DNA from: Octopus bimaculoides
Taxonomy: Eukaryota
Assembly: GCF_001194135.2 (NCBI RefSeq)
Contig: NC_068989.1
Location: 95,426,972 to 95,490,971 of the forward strand
DNA length: 64,000 nucleotides
Direction: 5' to 3'
Both the position numbers and the translations under genes were made by a program. Positions 39,900 to 53,783 of the stretch are shown one piece after another. Below the pieces are notes generated by a model. It did no database searches, had not been told where the DNA came from, and worked only from the letters and a program-made list of their open reading frames with translations. Position 1 is the stretch's first letter, and every line of letters starts with the position of its first letter.

Positions 39900-40320
39900 C
39901 TCTTAATGATTTACTAACTGGTTACAGAAAGAATAACACAATAACAACCTGTGTGCAGGACAGGATCCACTATTTCTAGGTGTGGCACTTATAAAAAAAA
40001 GTGATATAGATGGATGTTTTGTCATTGTAATAGCTGGCATGAAGCCACCACCCCTCTCTCAAATACATCTCCGTTCAGTCGAGGGGTGAGTCACCTCACA
40101 AGTGGTGGCACCATGGAGAAAAAGCTTCCAGTACACACTGTAATATGGTTGGTTCTATGAAGGGAATCCAGCTATAGTAACCATGCCAACAATATTCGAC
40201 CTCGCCACAGTCATGCAGCAGATCTTGTCAAATCGACCAAACCAATGCCAATATAGAAAACAGACATTAAATAATGATGATGATGATGTTGAACAAAAAA
40301 CATAATCCATGCTGATACAC

Positions 40321-40898
40321 CAAGGCCAGCGCTACATTGACCAGATCTTAAGATCTCACATCATGCCATTCTTTGCATATCACCATAGCCACATGTTCCA
40401 GCAGGACAATGCTCCCTCCCACACAGCCAGGCTCACAATGGACTTCCTGCATCAGCACAACATCAGAACCATACTGTGACTGGCTCTCAACCCAGATTTG
40501 AACCCAATTGAACACCTGTGGGATGAAATCTAGAGAAGCCTGAACCAGGTGGTCCCAAGGCCGACAACTTGTGTGGAACTAGAGGCGGCTTTCCTCAGGG
40601 TGTTGGCACAGGTGCCAATGGCCTTTGTGAACCGCCTCATGCACTCCATGTACCAACAGTGTATGGCTGTTTTGAATACCCAGGAGGGGAATACATGGTA
40701 TTGAACATGTCACACCCTATCATCTCAATGTGCTGGATCCACTCACTACCAGAACACATGACAACAACTTATAGACTGTGGTCAAAGGGCATCCAAGAAA
40801 TTGACTTTATCAGATTTATCAAATTTTTTCTCTGACATAATGAAAGTAAAACATATTTCACAGTCACACATGTCTCACGTTTCTTTCGTGGTTCAGTG
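40321..40898 (+). mobile_element. Tc1-like transposon 3' part (DDE C-terminus and right TIR)
   Basis: Reads QRYIDQILRSHIMPF...FQQDNAPSHTARLTMDFL...NPDLNPIEHLWDEI*; ends ...ttctttcgtggttcagtg followed by TA at 40899-40900. Confidence 0.88.
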
Positions 40899-42551
40899 TA
40901 TTAGGGGGAGGGGGGTTTGTCTTTGGATTAAGATTCCGTTCATCTCCATGATCTTATGTTACATTTGGCTACAGCAAAGAATCGTGCAACTGCTCTGTTA
41001 CCATTTTAATGCCATACTGAATAATTCCCAGCTGATTAGCTGTGGAATATATAAATTTATAAATATCCTTCTATGTCAGGGGTAAAACGAATCTGGGCAG
41101 TGGCCAGCACTATTGTTATTTTTCTTTAACATCAGCAGCACCGAGGAATGTTGTTTCCTATTTGGAATTCCAGGCAGAAACATTTAGAATTCACAGCTTA
41201 AGAAATTCCATTAACACAATATTGAAAGCTATTCTCAGTAACTTCATCAAAAGAGAGGTGCTGAAACTTAGTGACATGAGCAAAGCTTATGTGAATGAGC
41301 CATCCACATGTCCTAAAATGAAAGGCCTTTCTTAAAGGGCCACTGTACAAAAGTATTTCAACAGAAAACTTTACAGCAATTTCCCAAAAGGAGTCAAAAG
41401 AATTTAGAGAAAAAAAAAATAAAGAGTTCTTACATGCGTTTCTTAAAACAAATGATATAATGCTTCTTGCTATGTGATATGTTTACAAATTTAGAGCTAC
41501 TTGAGGCTTAAGCCTGACCAATGTTTTTGAAGCTTAACCAAAATCAATAATACCATTAGCAATGACGTTTTTCAACCTTGCACATAAAGACCACAACAAA
41601 CAAATACGTAGGGAGACTCAGCAAAATGCATTTCTTAATACACAAAATTTCTCCCAAGAAACACTGTTGTTTCTACCTGTGATATAGTTTAAGTTGTAAT
41701 TTCTTTCATTGCTCCCCTGTTCAACAGCTGCAGAAAGAGTTTCTCCATTTCTTAATAACATAACAACTGAAGATTACAGTCATCTAACAAAAAAAAAAAC
41801 AAAAAAAACCAACTTAAGTTGCATTGAGAACAGTTTGTCTCAAACTAGAAGGCAAGAAAAAAAAAAAAGACCTTATACAGCAAGAAGAAAAGTAAAAGAA
41901 TTCATTGCATTTTTGATGAAAGATATAAGGAAAATTTAACACATTTTCTCTTGAAGTATTTATGGGGTTTCATAGTGGTATAATGCAACTGGAATGGTTT
42001 TGTGTATTGTTGTACCTTTTTAACAAAGTATTTGGCACCATTGAGAAAAAAAAGAAAAACTTTTGGCAGCCCTGGAAACATTTAAGGGATGTGAACTACT
42101 AATATATGCTTGCATGTGCACACGTGTATGTCCAGGTGTGTAGGCTCTGTTGTGACTTCTTTGGACAATGTTACCAATTAAGTTGATATCTCTGTAAGTA
42201 TATCAGGCAGAGTCTAAATGTAAATATCATTTCTGCTTTCTTATTGAGGGAAAGATTTGAAATAATCTTGTCTGTTTTGCAATTTAATTTGCTACATTAA
42301 TATAGAAATTACCCTAATATGTCTTTAGTCTACCAGAATAGCCACAAATTAATTAAATCATACTTTTTTTCTATTATTTGCTCCTGGAGAAAAGTTCAAA
42401 AGCATTTTAGGATATTAGCTTCTTTGAGGAGTGAATGCCTTTATGGGAAGGCCGTATCTTCATGGGGATAGAGCGATTAGTATGTTCCAAGATGTCTATC
42501 ATAACTTTGGTTGTATTTTATAATGTATCAAAACAGTTTCTACAAAGTTCA

Positions 42552-42582
<31 letters not shown>

Positions 42583-43802
42583 GGGGGAAGAGAGAGAAAG
42601 AGAGAGAGATATTAATACATTAATACACTTCAGGTGATGAAAGACAGTCGCAACCTTGAAAGTCTATCCGAGATAATAAAACTGCAAAGAATGCTTTACT
42701 ATCATATTTTGAAAAATATCCACAGAAATTCAAATAATACCATGAATTAGATAATCAAACCAGAAATTGAGGGAAACCAGTAAATAGGAGATGGTAAGGA
42801 AATATCATTATTAGAGGCTTTATTTATTTATTTTACTGCATGTTCTCTGTTGTATTGTTGTTACAAGATTGAAATTTAGTTGAAGCAAGAAAGTGGAAGT
42901 GAAAACAATAATTGTATACTGAATTGAAAAGGTTTAGAGGTACATGACAAAGGAATAAGGAAGTGAGAATATAAAGAGGCAAGATGTAATTTAAAGAAGG
43001 AACAACGTGAGCCAATCTAAGGAATAGAAGAACTAGAAGCCAAACTGAAGACATTCGTATAATAGAAAATATATAGGTGGCTTGACAGGAAAGAGATTTA
43101 AATCTATTCAGTCTATATAACATGCATGCATGTGTGTACGTGCACACACGCACGCACAGAGGCACAGAAAGAAGTTCACGGCTGTAGAAATACTCTTCTG
43201 GAACATCACCTTTTGGAAAGAGGCCAAGGAATATTCCTGGCACCAATTAAAATTAAATACCTACAAATGTCTGCACTCAAAACATTAACAAATAAAATAG
43301 TTAATAAAAAAAAATTGGGGTCTGGAAGTAGTTTCTTTGCATTAATATAAGATTCAATTAAAGAAAAAACTGAAAATAAATATAATAAATACCCAACTCT
43401 CTAAACAATTTAAGATGAATACTGAACTGCCAACTCTATTGTTAAATATTGTATAATAATGAATCATACATATATGTAGAATTACAAATAAATGAACTAA
43501 CGAGAGGAAAGAAAGAAAGCATGAGTGTGTGAAACATGGATGTATATATGCTCTCTTGAAAAAAAAAAAATAAAAAAGCTTTCCATCTCAATACTGAAGA
43601 TTGAATAAGTTGCAGAATTTCATATATTCTCCAGATTTGATTTCTGTATTTCTTTATTAAAATTCCCTCTCAATCAAATTTTGAAACTGACTTGCAGGAT
43701 GAAAAAAGGGTTCCATGTCAAAAATGGAACAAATTCAATATCCTACAAATAATTGAGGAAATTTACTGACACACAGTTATTGCCTAAATGGTCCTGTCTA
43801 GA

Positions 43803-43837
<35 letters not shown>

Positions 43838-44272
43838 GTTAATCATCCAAAGCAAGCATTTTCAAATATCTTTAGTATGTAATGGTAAGAATCAATATTT
43901 GTGACTCTTACAAATGTAGACACATAAGAAAAATTTAAACTTTCAAGAAGCAAGGTGCAAAGAAACCACTCTCATGACTGTCCACCCTTTCACTGCAAAT
44001 AACAACTGCAAACACCGTTGTAATTATTAAAGTAGTCTTGTGATAAGATTTATCTTTTTCAGTTAAGTATGGGCATCTACTGCATTACAGAAACTCCGCT
44101 TCTTTTGTTTCCTCCACAACTACCCTTAGCCACCCCTATATAATGTGGGGTAGCCATGTATTTCCATTGTACAGCAAGACACTCGTGCATGTCTCTATCA
44201 TACTTTAGTCTTTCGACCCCCACCCCACCCGCACTAAATAGCAACGGCTTTTACTTCTCCTTTCCCCACCTT

Positions 44273-44465
44273 GCAAGTTGTTTGGTGACCTCACAAGCAG
44301 TGGTGGCATGAGGAAAGTGGCAGGAACACATTGGCATTAGGAAGGGCATCCAACCATAGAAACCAGGCTGAAGCTGACACAGGAACTCATTGGATCCTGT
44401 CAAACTGTCCATCCCATGCCAACATGGAAGATGGATGTTAAATGATGATGATGGTGATGGTGATG
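44273..44465 (+). mobile_element. RTE-type 3' end with (GAT)n tail
   Basis: ttggcattaggaagggcatccaaccatagaaacc...ccatcccatgccaacatggaagatggatgttaaatgatgatg. Confidence 0.8.
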
Positions 44466-44488
44466 CACACACATATATACATGTCTGT

Positions 44489-44535
<47 letters not shown>

Positions 44536-45162
44536 TTGGGGGGGGGGGAGATAACTTGTCAGAGTCATTGGTATTAAGCATTTTATTCAAATTCTCTTTG
44601 ATCCATGCAAACATGAAAAAGTGGATATTTAATGATGATGATGATGATGATGACGTATATAATGAATGAGCTTGGCAGGTAGAGTTGGATACACAAACTG
44701 AGTTCTCTTGTAGAAGAAACTAGATTTTAATAACGTTGCATGGGGTGGGGGCAGAGAGAAAGAGGGGAGATAGAGAGAGAAGGTGAGAGAAGGAGAGAGA
44801 GAGAGAGACAGAGTAAAGGTATAATAGAAATTTCTTTCAACATAAGAAGTTCTGCTAAGAAACATTTTTCCAGGTTTTGTCAGAGACATACTTAAAAAAG
44901 AGATTCATGCATTCAATATTTGTTAGAAGAATCCTAACATGATAACAAGGCAGATAAAAAGAATCTGAGTTTTTTAAACTTACACCCACAGAAAATTTCT
45001 TTGCAAATAAGATAATTGATTGAATTTGTAAATTAGAATTGATGGTAAAGATGTATTATGCCAGCAATGTAGAAAATTAAGATTATCTCAAATATTTTAT
45101 TCAGTAAATATTTATTTTACTTCAAAAGCAAACACCTTTGCTGTTTCTGGAATTCATTTTAA

Positions 45163-45376
45163 CCCTTTTCATATCAAACCATTGGAGACCATCTCTGATT
45201 GCAAGATACCAAATTCCTGTTTTAAACTTATCTTAAAATCTTTCAAAACTTTCACATTAATTTATGTTCCAAACACTAACTTAATAATAACCAAGTTATT
45301 TCACTGAAATCCTCAGAATTTAAAAAAATCAATTGAAACAAAAGACTGTTTCATAAGAAATATTGTAACAAAAGGG
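45163..45376. mobile_element. piggyBac-type MITE (214 bp)
   Basis: TTAA-CCCTTT at 45159-45168 and AAAGGG-TTAA at 45371-45380: TTAA duplication with CCC/GGG termini, no coding capacity. Confidence 0.8.
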
Positions 45377-45753
45377 TTAAGGTGGGAATTTGTGGCATTA
45401 TAAAATATGCCTTAACTCGTAAACCTAACCAGTTATATTGGTTAGGATTAGCTTCAGTATAAGACTAGTAATTTTTTCAAACAATGAGAGAGTCTCAGCA
45501 TTGTTACCTGACCTGCTAGAAATAGCAATCAGATCTTCCTCAAATCACACCCTACAATCTTAAAAAGAGAAGGGTACATAATGTGGTCCTAGATACACAT
45601 ATCTGAACACAGGATTCCAAAGTCATTAACCATAAGTCTGCTTGATCAAGGCTGACCTACGGTTAAATAGTAACTGGTAATTATTTCATTGATTTCAAAG
45701 TTGGTTCACACGAAGTTTGAACTCAGGTCACAGGGAGAGAGAAATAAATACTA

Positions 45754-46090
45754 ATCATCATCATTTAATGTCAACTTTTCTGTGCTTGCATGGATCAGAC
45801 AGAATTTGGTGAAGTTGATTCTCTCTAGCTGGATGCTCTTCCTGTCACCAACCCTTGCCTGTTTCAAAGCAGGGGAACATTTCTCCATGGACAGACATGT
45901 TATTCATGGAAAACTGGAAACAAACAACATCACTTGGATGATGGTGATGCCTGTTTGTAATCACTATGTGATGCCAAGACAATGATGCACACACACACAT
46001 TTGATGATCTTCCTCAGTTTCCCTTTACCAATTCTTCCCATAAGGCATTGGGCACCATGAGGCTTTAGTAGAAGACACTAGCCGAAGAAG
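45754..46090 (-). mobile_element. SINE with RTE-like tail, same family as 14282-14665
   Basis: atcatcatcatttaatgtcaacttttctgtgcttgcatggatcagacagaatttggtgaag...ggatgctcttcctgtcaccaaccc... Confidence 0.75.
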
Positions 46091-47734
46091 AAATCTAATA
46101 GTGAAACTACTACTACTGGTACCGCTACATCACTACCAACCCACCATCAATATGACTACTGCTGCTGCTGCTGCTGATTATTATTATTATTTAATTAACC
46201 ATGTAAGTAAATTAATGAGAAAATATTGCAATGAAATTAAATAAATGTGATATTTATACACTTAACGAACTGATGATTAGCAGTAAATGAAATACTGTAA
46301 ATTTTTCCCAGCCACTACATTTCTAATGCTACATAAAATATTTTGCAAAACAAAGAAAATGTTGAGGAAATCTGCATCAAAGATGTTCCTAGATATATTT
46401 ATAAATACAAGACTGGCAGCTGGTTTCGCTGAAGGAATGGCCACCAAAATGATGTGTAACCTAATGCAATGACAATAGTTTTTGATAATGCAGTGTTGCT
46501 AATAATAATGCTGTGCGATTAATGCAGCATTTGCACACACAATAATGCTGTTTTCAAAAGCATTATGTGATAGTGCAGGATAACCAATTTCTCATATAGT
46601 TTATGATAATGATGTTGACGATGATGCTTACTACAGATGTGGTGACATTTGTGTCTACACAAAGAAAATGGGGAAATAAAAGAAGAAAAAAGAAGAGGCA
46701 AAAAGCTAGTTTCAAAACTGTATGATCTGCCCACCTCCACCTACCACTTGATTCAAAACACCATTAAAATATCTTTACAGACAACACTTAAGAGATGTTC
46801 ACTCTTACAACCGAACATGCAAAAAACTAAAAACAAAATCAATAATTTTACAAAAGTTCTTTGACATCAATTATAAAAAAAAAAACCCCAAAGAAATAAC
46901 AAAAGATTAAAAAAGTACAACCAAGCTCTCCTCCCGACTAAAAACTGAATACATTGGGAAGTCTTTATAGAAGAATGGCAAATTTATCACGCATGTTGCA
47001 TTTCATGATCTGTGAGATTGCATGTTACCAGATGGAGTTGTGAATTGAAAGTATTGCTATATACTTTAGCACAACTAATTTTAAAGTAACATCTAGATAT
47101 TTACTTAACAGCATTTACAATTCTATATTTTCAGATACAGAATTTTTACCATTTAATTTTTTTATTATTTAAAAAATAAAATAAAATTTCATTAAAAAAT
47201 TTAAAAAGGAGCACTAAACAAAATCAAACTTGGTTTGTGGCATTCTGCATATCATTTCTTTTAATTTAACAGCTGGATGCTTAAATTTAATTTTTATGCA
47301 AGCTATTTATAGCAATTATATTAGATTTGTGCTTAATATGCTGCACTGACAAACTTTAAAAAAAATATATACTTACAGTTCGAATAATTTGAAAGAGTTT
47401 ATAGAAACAAATTCAGTGAATGTCATCAGAATTATTGAAATGTAGAGCATGAATAGATAAAGTCTCATGCTATGCTCCTGCCTTTGTTCTGTTCTTTGAA
47501 GTGAGATGTATCTTATGTGCGTCAGTGAAGCCAGCTAATAACAATGAGAATCACTTCCACTGAGAGTTGAATAATGGTTGGCCGGACAAACATTGCAGCA
47601 CATTGAAAGGGAAGGGGAAAAAAACTTCTTTACAGTCATTAACTGATTCCATTGGAGTGCAGCTATGCTGAGGCATTGCCTACAGAGCTTCAGTCAAATA
47701 TATCGACCACTGTATTTAGTTCTGGCCTTCATTT

Positions 47735-47910
47735 TATCAGTCTCTGTTTACTGAATGGCTAAGTTCACCCAATGATCTATGTCCTATAGGCAGGTTCCTT
47801 TCCTTAAAAAGTAAAAGCCACAATGAATTTATACACACACACACACACACACACGACAAGATTCTATAGTTTCCATCTACCAAAACTTGCAAACAACACA
47901 TTGGCCTACC
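47735..47910 (-). mobile_element. Degenerate SINE fragment of the common family
   Basis: gtctctgtttactgaatggctaagttcaccc...(CA)n...gtttccatctaccaaaac...ttggccta. Confidence 0.6.
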
Positions 47911-48959
47911 TGCAAGAAATATTTTAACCAGGCAGCCATCTCTGTTTTCTAAATGTAAAACATTTTCTGAACCAATCCCTAGAAATATCTTTAAATGAAG
48001 GAAACCATCCAAAATATATTAACTCCAGAAAATAAGTTGTTGTTTCACCCCAGTTCAGTCTTGACCCAGAACCTATAACCCAACCACAGCCGACAACCCT
48101 TATGCATACGGTTAGTGTCATTTCTTTAAAATAGTAAGGAGGCTCCCTCGTTGCCTGGAAAGAAGAGTAAAACGTATGAAGAGGCCTCAACACACAGGCA
48201 TATATAAAGACTTATGTGTGTATGCAGATGAGACCAAACTTTGGTTGTTTCCAAAGTTATTCACTGAGAAGTATTCTGAGCTTATTTTAATTTTATTGAT
48301 TTCCATTTTGATAGTATTCAAAGTTTATTTTAATGCTGCAAAAACTTCAGCCAAAAGCTAAAACACAACTAACACATTTTTCTGAAAAATTGAAATACAA
48401 CTTAAGACTTTCTTCTCTGGAGATATCTGAGAGGAAATATGGCTGACTAGAAAACTTTATTCTTCATTGCAAAGAATACAGAAAACATCCATTTTTTTTT
48501 TAAGAAAAAGAAAGCAGCAAAAATGCATAGTTTATTTGGGACATTGTGAAGAGAAGATAAATAGAGCAAAAGGACCTAAGTATATGCAGTTGATTATTTA
48601 TTCATTTGTGTGGGGGAAAAAGGGAGATTTGCATCAATTATTGATTTCTTACATAAGGATCAGGCCTCACATTTTTAAAGGAGGGGAAATGATATCAAGG
48701 GATGTTCATATTCTTGAATGGTATTAGTCTAGCCATATCAATGAAAGAGGAAATGTTACAATCAAGTAATCTGTGCCAAGTGACATAGTAACTGTGTCAG
48801 GGAACTTTCTTCCATTTTAATAGCAACTGATTCAGAACAGTTTCTAACCACAAATGAATTGTAGAAATGTAAATTAAAATAATGAAGGAAGGTTTGGAGT
48901 CAAAGAGTCTTTGAGGTAATTTGGCAAAGACCAAAAGTCGTAGTAAGTTGGAAAACAAA

Positions 48960-49105
48960 TAAATCATAAATCCCTTCAGATGGCCCTGCTTGATAAGCAG
49001 AAAAGGTGTAGGTAGAAACTCCATTAAGTTGTACCCAGTACAAGCTATGAACACACAAGAGGTGCAATAGTATCTGAGGAAGGTTAATAGAGAAAGTAGA
49101 TCTAT
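48960..49105 (+). mobile_element. Isolated RTE fragment covering the PHD-like finger region
   Basis: aaatcccttcagatggccctgcttgataagcagaaaaggtgtaggtagaaactccattaag.tgtacccagtacaagctatgaacacacaagaggtgc is collinear with 9890-10000. Confidence 0.75.
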
Positions 49106-50619
49106 CATTAAAAGCATTTCACCTACGACCATCCTGTCTCTTCATATAACTAGGGCTATCTCAACCAACAAATAATTTTTCTTTATAGTTGAGTGTAATT
49201 TGATGGACATTCACTCCTATTTCTAACATGTTAAAAACCTGCAGAGAAGAGGTTCCCCTTTTGGTTTGGCACCATGCACGGTGACAGAAATAGATTTCTT
49301 TGTTGTATGATTGAAAGGACAGAAAGAAGAAAGGCATCTTACTATAGAAACCTACTCACAAAATAAATAATGGATTATTTTAAACATAGAACTGAACTAT
49401 ACAAATCTGAAAAATTATTTTTAATAAATAAAAATATCAATTTATGAATTAAACCCTAACCCTGAACAGTGAAATTTTGCACAATTCACAACCGTAACTG
49501 TTTGGATTCCCACAAATTTTGCAACAGACAACTGAAGTTGTGCTTCAAATGCTGTCTGTCGATCTTTTATTAGTAGAGCTGGCCAGGTTTGACATAATTA
49601 TGCCAACGTCGCATTTTCAGAATCACATTGATTGGCATAAAGAAACATCATTCTATCATGTCCAACATTATTTGGAACTAATTTTGTCTATTTATAGATT
49701 TATTGAAATATTGAATATCAGCAATATAGTGACAAAAAAAGTAACTGAATAATACTATTTGTAACAGCGTTCTCTCTCTCTCTCAACTGAAACAGAGAGA
49801 GGAGGAAAGAAAGAAAGAAAGAGAGACTAAGGAGGAGAGTAGGAGTCCTTTTGCAGAAGTCCATGACCATTGAGGCTTGGAGTCACATCTGAAATGATTG
49901 ACATGATGCAGATGCAAAATGTGATATTACACTACTCAGCTATTCTTCCAAAGATTCTCACAGAAAAACATTTTACATCAGAATATAATAACAGACAGGT
50001 ATTTATGTATGTGAAGAATTTGGTTTCCAAATGTACTTTATTGTGAGCTGTTGTGCAAAGTTCTCAGAACTGCAAAAAAGTTATATCAAATTCATCTCTA
50101 CACAATATATAATTCTTGCCAAGTGAAAAAAAAAGGATCAATTGCAGAATTTAGCATTTGTTTTGCGTATTTTAAAGGAACATTTGGCATTTTGAAATTA
50201 AATCAAGACAATAATGTTGATTTAGAGCTCTCAAGAAAATCTAATTTCTAATCAATAGATAAGGCATAAATTAACTTTTATGGTCTCATATAAATCTAGA
50301 ACTAGAGTTGGAATTCTCACTTGTTTGTTAGAATACAATTGTAGAAGGCATTCATTTCTTTCTTAATTGTATCATACCAACTTATTATGCTCAATGAATT
50401 CGTTTGGCATATTAGTTTCTTCAGTCACAATGCAATACAAAATAGGTTCCAAAAAGTTATTTGTAGGTAAGCAAATTCAATTTCTTCAAATACAATAGCG
50501 CTTGTCTTTGGAAACTGACAATTTGATAATACCTTCATCAAGGAACAGCTTCTTAAGATTTCATTTTTATATGAGAAGTTTCATGTATTGTTTACTCCAT
50601 TCATCACCACCACTCATCG

Positions 50620-50945
50620 TCATCATCATCTTTATCATCAACATTTAATGTCTGTCTTCAATATTGGCATGGGTTGGACAGTTTGACAGAAGCTGACCAG
50701 CCAGAGAGTTGCACTAGGCTCCAATTGTCTGCTTAGGCATGATTTCTACAGCTGAATATGAATAAATTCATATTCATATACATATACAAAAGAGAGGCTT
50801 TTTTCAGTTTCCATTGACCAAATCCACTCACAAGGCTTTGGTCAGCCCAAAACCATAGTAGAAGACTCTTGCCCAAGGTACTATGTGGTGAGATTGAACT
50901 CAGAACCATCTGGTTGAGAAGCAAACTTCTTACCATATAGCCATG
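50620..50945 (-). mobile_element. RTE 3' end (about 50620-50750) followed by a SINE head/core (about 50770-50945)
   Basis: catcatc...catttaatgtctgtcttcaatattggcatgggttggacagtttgac; then cagtttccattgaccaaatccactcacaaggctttggtcagccc...gaactcagaaccatctggttgagaagcaaacttcttacca. Confidence 0.75.
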
Positions 50946-51095
50946 ACTGTTCTTGCCCCACTTCTCATTTTCATGTATTTATGTATTTACCAAAATGTCT
51001 TGTAAATTCTTTTGCTACATGTTTTGTGCTTATAAATGATGGCAAATATATGGAATAATTATTGTTATTATAATAATTATTATTATTATTATTAT

Positions 51096-51522
51096 TTACT
51101 TTTAATCTGCATGTTTGTTACAATCACCTGCCAAGACACATCCAGCATCCTAGGGCAAGTGAAGGATAAGAGATGTTACAGTATGACTGAAAGCTAGGGG
51201 AGGGGAAGTAGCAGGGGCAGTAGAGAAATATCTCCATGTAATACAACACAGACATTCAAATGGATAGGGTTTTTCTAAGGATATGGGCAGTACTTGTCAG
51301 TACAATCTTTTGGATTTCTCTGAGACATGGTTCTCCTGGGATCTTACATAAATGTTTCTGACATCTCTTTTTTTTCATCATACCTAGGGCACCTACAATA
51401 ACAGAAACAGTTCTCACTTTAAGATGCCACATCTTTTGTATTTCAATTTCCAGGTCCTTCTTTTTACTTAATTTGTCAAATTCCTTTACAGATATATTTT
51501 TATCAGTGGGAACACTGACATC

Positions 51523-51523
<1 letters not shown>
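51096..51523 (-). mobile_element. 5'-truncated R4/Dong LINE 3' end (restriction-like endonuclease C-terminus plus 3' UTR) embedded in (TAA)n
   Basis: Reads DVSVPTDKNISVKEFDKLSKKKDLEIEIQKMWHLKVRTVSVIVGALG...LREIQKIVLTSTAHILRKTL*; (ATT)n at 51076-51095 and 51524-51555. Confidence 0.9.
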
Positions 51524-51555
<32 letters not shown>

Positions 51556-53489
51556 GAAAACCTTATAAGTTATTTTAGTAAGTGAATCCATGTGTTTATA
51601 TTTGTTAAACAATACAGTTGTTCTAGTAAGTGGATTATGATTTTTAGCGTTGCTATAGATACAAATCTACTTATGAAGCTACAGACTAGAAAAATGAATT
51701 GATATTTATGAGCAAAATGAAAATTCAATCCAGTTTATTTTTACAGAGAAAGTAGCAGTGATCAATTTTAATGAGATAAAACAAAATGCAATAATTTTTT
51801 TTAAATCACCAAGAGAAAGAATGCTTGTCATGATATCCAAATAAAGATAAAAAGACTTAGATGAAATGATACGGGAAGTAGAAGACAACAGTTTCAACAA
51901 TGCATTATTGCATAAAAAATGCATCCTCTAGAGAGTAGGCAAGATGTTAAAAGTAAAACTAAAAGACAAGAAAACAATGTTTTAGCACTTAACACTTAGA
52001 TGGTTTTAAAGAGGACTGGTTCTAAATAAAATTTGAAACTGAAGTAAAAATAAAATGTCAAAACAAAAAAATAAACATAATAATAATAACAAGAACAGAA
52101 TACATTAAGCAATGCAAGAAACAAGCATTTTAAACTGAAGTTTGCATGCTTACATGTAAAATAGTCGTCATTATAGCAACACTCCATTAATAGACTTTAA
52201 TTTCAACTTCAAGAGATAAAGTGGTTGACTATGAATAAAACAGCAATATTTTTTCAGATTTGACATAAGGTGTTTAGTGAACACCTGATAGATTAACATT
52301 TAATCAGACACTGGTTTTTTAAAAAAAGATCTATAATAATAAATAGTACAGAAACGAATATTTAAGGCTATATTGCCTGGTTTGATATTTTAAATTGCTA
52401 TAGTTTTCTTTAAACTAGATTCTAAGAACTGATCGTTCTTTAAAATCAATCAAAACGAATTTAAGTTTCAAATAATTTTGACATTCAGAAAAGTTTTATG
52501 GCCTGTTCTTTCTTTCTATCGTACAATAAATAGGTAGAAATGGCTTGAAACCTTTGAATGTAAAACAGAAAAAGAAAAAAAGTAAAAACAAAAATGTAAT
52601 AGAATTGAAACAGCATGCTATAAATTTATCCATCTCTCAAATGAATGACATTTGTTTTATGAATGTAGTCAAAGATTCCAATGATGAAAGGGGACACCAT
52701 TATGAAAGATGAAAAGAGAACTCCATATTAGTATGGATTTAGATTTTGTTTCCAAAAAAATAACTGAAATTCAATATCCTCAAAACTGTTGCTTCTGAAT
52801 GTTTTGCTGATGATAATATGCTAAGAGTATATTGCTTGTAGCAAAGATCAACAGTAAAAGTTAGTTCTTATATGAACACAGTGTGAATCTCGAAGTAGTG
52901 ATAACACAAAGAGGAGTGCTGGTGCATTTGCCACCATCAAAAAATAACATTTGCATTCTGCTGTTGTAAAAAACATTACCAGATTTGTAGGAAGCCACTA
53001 GGAGATATAGTGAATATTCTCCTAGATGATGGCATAATGGATATGGTTGTCAGCCAAAAAATATAAAATAAGGGATTAACAGAGAGGTGAAGGTTGGGTT
53101 ATCAGAACAGTTATATTCCGAAATGAAAAAAAAATGGAAATTATTAAGAAAGAGAAGAAATAGAGTTGAAGAGATTAGCAGTTTCTAGGAGACACTTCAG
53201 TCGATGGAGATGCATTGTAACAAAAAGACTAGTTTAGAAATAACCAATAAGCAGCATAATTAAACCAGGAGATTTTCATACAACACTATTTAAAAAGGCT
53301 TACATTTTCATAGGCCTAGAAACCATTAACGTGTAATGAAGAAATAGATTTGAATACTGGTAGCAATTGAGAAAAGTCATAAATACATGCAATAGTCAAA
53401 ATAATTTCTATAGGAGACGTCTAAGCAGAAAACTAGATGACTCTATTTTAATAATGACTCTGTTATTATTTACTGTTGGTGCTGTTATT

Positions 53490-53713
53490 GCAAGGAGTGG
53501 ATTGGTAGAATCATTAGAGTTTCAGAACAAATGACACTAGAGGTGGTTATTCCAGCTCAGTACATTCTAAGATCAAATCCTAACAAGGTCAACTTTGCTT
53601 TCATTCTTTTGGAGTTGATAAAATGAAGTTTTGTGGTCGATGGAATGAACTAGACAACTCTTCTTTTAAAAATGGTTGTCACTGTGCCTAAATCATCATC
53701 ATCATCATCATCA

Positions 53714-53783
<70 letters not shown>

